The translations under genes and the position numbers were made by a program. Shown here piece by piece: positions 36,595-36,997 of a stretch of 36,997 nucleotides of DNA; within the stretch, counting starts at the first letter, position 1, and every line of letters begins with the position of its first letter. Source of the stretch: Nemertoderma westbladi (Eukaryota; Animalia; Xenacoelomorpha); contig JAUCBJ010003232.1 of assembly GCA_032718475.1 (NCBI GenBank), positions 1 to 36,997 of the forward strand, in the 5' to 3' direction. The notes beneath the pieces were generated by a model that was given only the letters and a program-made list of their open reading frames with translations, was not told the origin of the DNA and made no database searches.

Positions 36595-36960
36595 CACCTG
36601 GATGTGAAATCCCTGAGACTTTGGCATACGTTTTTAGTTAATTATGATGTTGCCATAGAAAACCCATTCAGAATGACAATTATTGGAAAGAATGTCAATT
36701 TGAATTTGAAATTTTTCAGAAGTCAGTTGTTAATTCAAAAGCTCTTTAAGAGGGAAATTAATCAAATGACAAATTAATTTAATATAAATGTAAATTATTT
36801 TGCCCCGGATTTATCATTCTCTACCTATCGTCTTAACTCTTAGCAGCATTGGAACTATATGGCGCTTTGTTCAACTGAATTTTCGGATGATTATATTGGC
36901 ATCAGACACCTCGATGATATTATGTGCATCTTCAACATTTAATTGAATGTAAGAAATAAC
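36595..36960 (+). pseudogene. Probable highly decayed Penelope-like RT relic
   Basis: LDVKSL at 36598 and RHLDDIMCIF at 36904 lie about 105 codons apart, as PLE RT motifs A and C do. The sequence between them has stops. Confidence 0.4.
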
Positions 36961-36997
36961 TTAACTATTCTTATTATGAAATATGTTTTCACCAAAG

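Overview
This is AT-rich animal (invertebrate-type) genomic DNA. The left ~20 kb is a pile of nested transposons. The main element is a 10.75-kb BEL/Pao-type LTR element (819-11568, TG...CA ends, 5-bp TSD TTTTC). It keeps Gag and protease but has lost RT, RNase H and most of integrase. In the env position, behind a palindromic minisatellite, it carries a second ~856-codon reading frame. This frame encodes a DEDD-type (WRN/EXD/Mut-7-like) 3'-5' exonuclease fold fused to three CCHC zinc knuckles. A highly diverged, decayed paralog of this exonuclease-knuckle gene lies on the opposite strand at ~12.8-15.2 kb, so it is a family. Next come an L2/CR1-group LINE split by a P-element/THAP DNA transposon (61-bp TIRs, 8-bp TSD) and an RTE-like LINE fragment. 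The right half holds two apparently intact host genes: a 2-exon secreted C-type lectin-mucin-ZP protein and a 5-exon GH35 beta-galactosidase. Between and after them are a solo LTR related to the BEL element, Helentron/MITE-like repeats and a probable Penelope RT relic. All calls come from reading motifs by eye; no database searches were run.
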